Source: a virus (taxonomy: Duplodnaviria; Caudoviricetes). From it: DNA of 24,513 nucleotides. The stretch lies in IMG/VR virus record IMGVR_UViG_3300020042_009457, positions 1 to 24,513 of that record. One strand, written 5' to 3'. Shown here in pieces: positions 22,973-24,513 of the stretch (position 1 is its first letter; each line of letters begins with the position of its first letter). Both the position numbers and the translations under genes were made by a program. The notes under the pieces were generated by a model that saw only the letters and a program-made list of their open reading frames with translations, ran no database searches and had not been told where the DNA came from.

Positions 22973-24513
22973 CGCGAGTAGATGGCAAACCAGCCGCATC
23001 TGCATCGACCCGCGCCACCTAGGCAGTTGGGGTCGGGCAACGGGGGCAGCTCAAGGCCAACACCCGGCGTCACAAAGTCGGCAACCCTCACTCGCTCGCC
23101 CGTGTCAGCAGCTGCACAGATGCTGCACCGCTTGCCGTCGGGGATGCTTGAGCGCACCACGAAGGTAGGCACCGCGCCAACCGCCGTCGGAGCCTGTGCA
23201 TACGTCGCCGTGCGTGCCGCCGCTTCTACCATGTTGCGACTGTCTCGAGCCGAGTCGAGCAGGCCGAGGGGCGTGATGCGGCTGACCCATGTGGCAGGGT
23301 CGGCACCGGCTAGCAGCGCATTCTCAACCTCCGTCTGCACTCGGTTGCAGATGGTCTCGGCCGCCGTCTGTGTCAGTGCCGCCGCTCGAGCGAACTGGGC
23401 CGAACTCATGTCAGCCATGGCTTTGCTCGCCGTTGCTACCTCGGCCGCCGGCATCGTGTTGGCAGGTGCATCAGGCAGCGACTTGCGCGCCTCGTCTAAC
23501 ACATCGCCCTCGACAGCAGTGCGCAGCTGCGCAGCGTTGTTTGCTAGGCTCTTGTTGTAGAGGTCCAAGAACTGAGCATAGATGAGCTCACGCTCGCCAG
23601 CCTGCCAGCCATTCTTGAGAGCAGCCTTGACCGCACCTCGATGAGCCGACGCTATCGCCTCAATGCTCATGCTCAACTTGGCGTCGAGGTCCTGGCGTGA
23701 CTCGGCCAAGGTTACCCAGCCGACCACGAGCTCCTCGGCTCGCAGCTCACGAGGTGCCAAGAACTCTTTGCCGTCGCCTCCGACTACTAGTACGCCTTCA
23801 CCTTCGCCGTCGCTCAAGTCACCACTGCCCTCGATGCAGCCCTCGCCTAGCCGTGCTGCCCTGTGGTGAGCTGCCGAGGCATAGGCCATCATCAGGCCGC
23901 GCACCCATTGCTTGCACTCGTTGCCGCCTCGCAGCTGGTACGAGTGATAGCAGGCGCCCTTATCAGTAAACGACTTGGTGCTCGCTACCCTCGGCAGCGT
24001 TGCACTAAACCACTCTGCCAGGCGCATCACCCGGGACCATGCCAACCGCTTGCCAGCTGCAAGGTCACGCGCAATCAACAGCGCCTCGGTGTCAGAGGTC
24101 TTGCCCTTGCTCACCGACCGATGGGCCTCGAGAGCCGCAGCTGCTGCCGTCCTCACCGAGTCAGGCACCACCACATCGGGCCGCTCTGCAAGCGAGGCCG
24201 ACAGTATCACTGCTCGGTCGCCCAAATCACTAGCCGCTCGCTCGAGCTCGGCAACCTTGCGCTCTGACCATGCCTTGCCGCCATCGCCTCCCCACAAGCC
24301 CCATGCGATGCGACCTGCCGAGGGGAAACCGTCCTCGCCGCTGTTGAAGCCAGTGGCGTTGCTGTCGACATCGTGCCGGGCAAAGAACGATGCCATGCGA
24401 CGCACCGTGTCAGGCGACATGTTCTTGCCGTTGCTGATGTCTCGAGCGCGGGCGACGCCTACCTCGGTTCCGCCTCGGCCGTGCGCCCGCCGCCACTCAA
24501 GAGCCCACGCTGC
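22969..24513 (-). CDS. Head morphogenesis protein (Mu gpF/SPP1 gp7-like C-terminus), 5'-truncated, possibly fused to portal
   Basis: Frame is open past the track start to the window edge (AAWALEWRRAHGRGGTEVGVARARD...); C-terminal SSIPDGKRCSIC...PPLPDPNCLGGAGRCRC. Confidence 0.75.
   Translation of the reverse strand, partial: AAWALEWRRAHGRGGTEVGVARARDISNGKNMSPDTVRRMASFFARHDVDSNATGFNSGEDGFPSAGRIAWGLWGGDGGKAWSERKVAELERAASDLGDRAVILSASLAERPDVVVPDSVRTAAAAALEAHRSVSKGKTSDTEALLIARDLAAGKRLAWSRVMRLAEWFSATLPRVASTKSFTDKGACYHSYQLRGGNECKQWVRGLMMAYASAAHHRAARLGEGCIEGSGDLSDGEGEGVLVVGGDGKEFLAPRELRAEELVVGWVTLAESRQDLDAKLSMSIEAIASAHRGAVKAALKNGWQAGERELIYAQFLDLYNKSLANNAAQLRTAVEGDVLDEARKSLPDAPANTMPAAEVATASKAMADMSSAQFARAAALTQTAAETICNRVQTEVENALLAGADPATWVSRITPLGLLDSARDSRNMVEAAARTATYAQAPTAVGAVPTFVVRSSIPDGKRCSICAAADTGERVRVADFVTPGVGLELPPLPDPNCLGGAGRCRCGWFAIYSR

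Larger units (their letters stand above)
1..24513. mobile_element. Tailed dsDNA phage/prophage genome segment (siphovirus-like tail, Mu-like head genes)
   Basis: Canonical head-neck-tail-lysis order on - strand, recombination/nuclease genes on + strand, dense ATGA/TAATG overlaps, no host housekeeping genes. Confidence 0.95.

Noticed and set aside
1-24513. Stop-codon reassignment, tRNA genes, integrase/att sites, transposable Mu lifestyle
   Set aside because: Genes tile densely under the standard code using TAA, TAG and TGA; gaps are mostly too short for tRNAs and no cloverleaf was seen; no integrase or transposase in the window, so lifestyle is undetermined

Overview
A 24.5 kb piece of a GC-rich (~60% by eye) tailed dsDNA phage or prophage with two converging arms. 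The + arm (1-6148) is a translationally coupled early/middle operon: RecT-family annealase, Zn-finger/HNH-like protein, RuvC-like resolvase with a long basic N-terminal extension, two tiny membrane proteins missing from the ORF track, several basic helical proteins and a degenerate PD-(D/E)XK-like protein. The - arm (24513 down to 6209) is a siphovirus-type late region with Mu-like head genes: truncated gpF-like head morphogenesis protein, protease/scaffold, two decoration paralogs, major capsid protein, adaptor, gpG-like protein, tail terminator, tail tube, chaperone pair with a -1 frameshift, tape measure, tail-tip proteins, PG-binding/CHAP endolysin, a third decoration paralog, holin and a TM/coiled-coil protein. 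Highlights: (1) an opposite-strand two-gene cassette with a LexA/HrcA-like winged HTH inside the head module, beside a sigma70-like promoter bracketed by two 15-bp direct repeats; (2) three decoration paralogs, one in the lysis cassette; (3) no GATC found in the whole window by manual scan; (4) a tandemly duplicated unknown domain in the head morphogenesis protein; (5) overlapping hairpins after the capsid gene. All calls come from motif recognition and gene order; no database searches were run. No terminase, integrase, tRNA or CRISPR array was seen.
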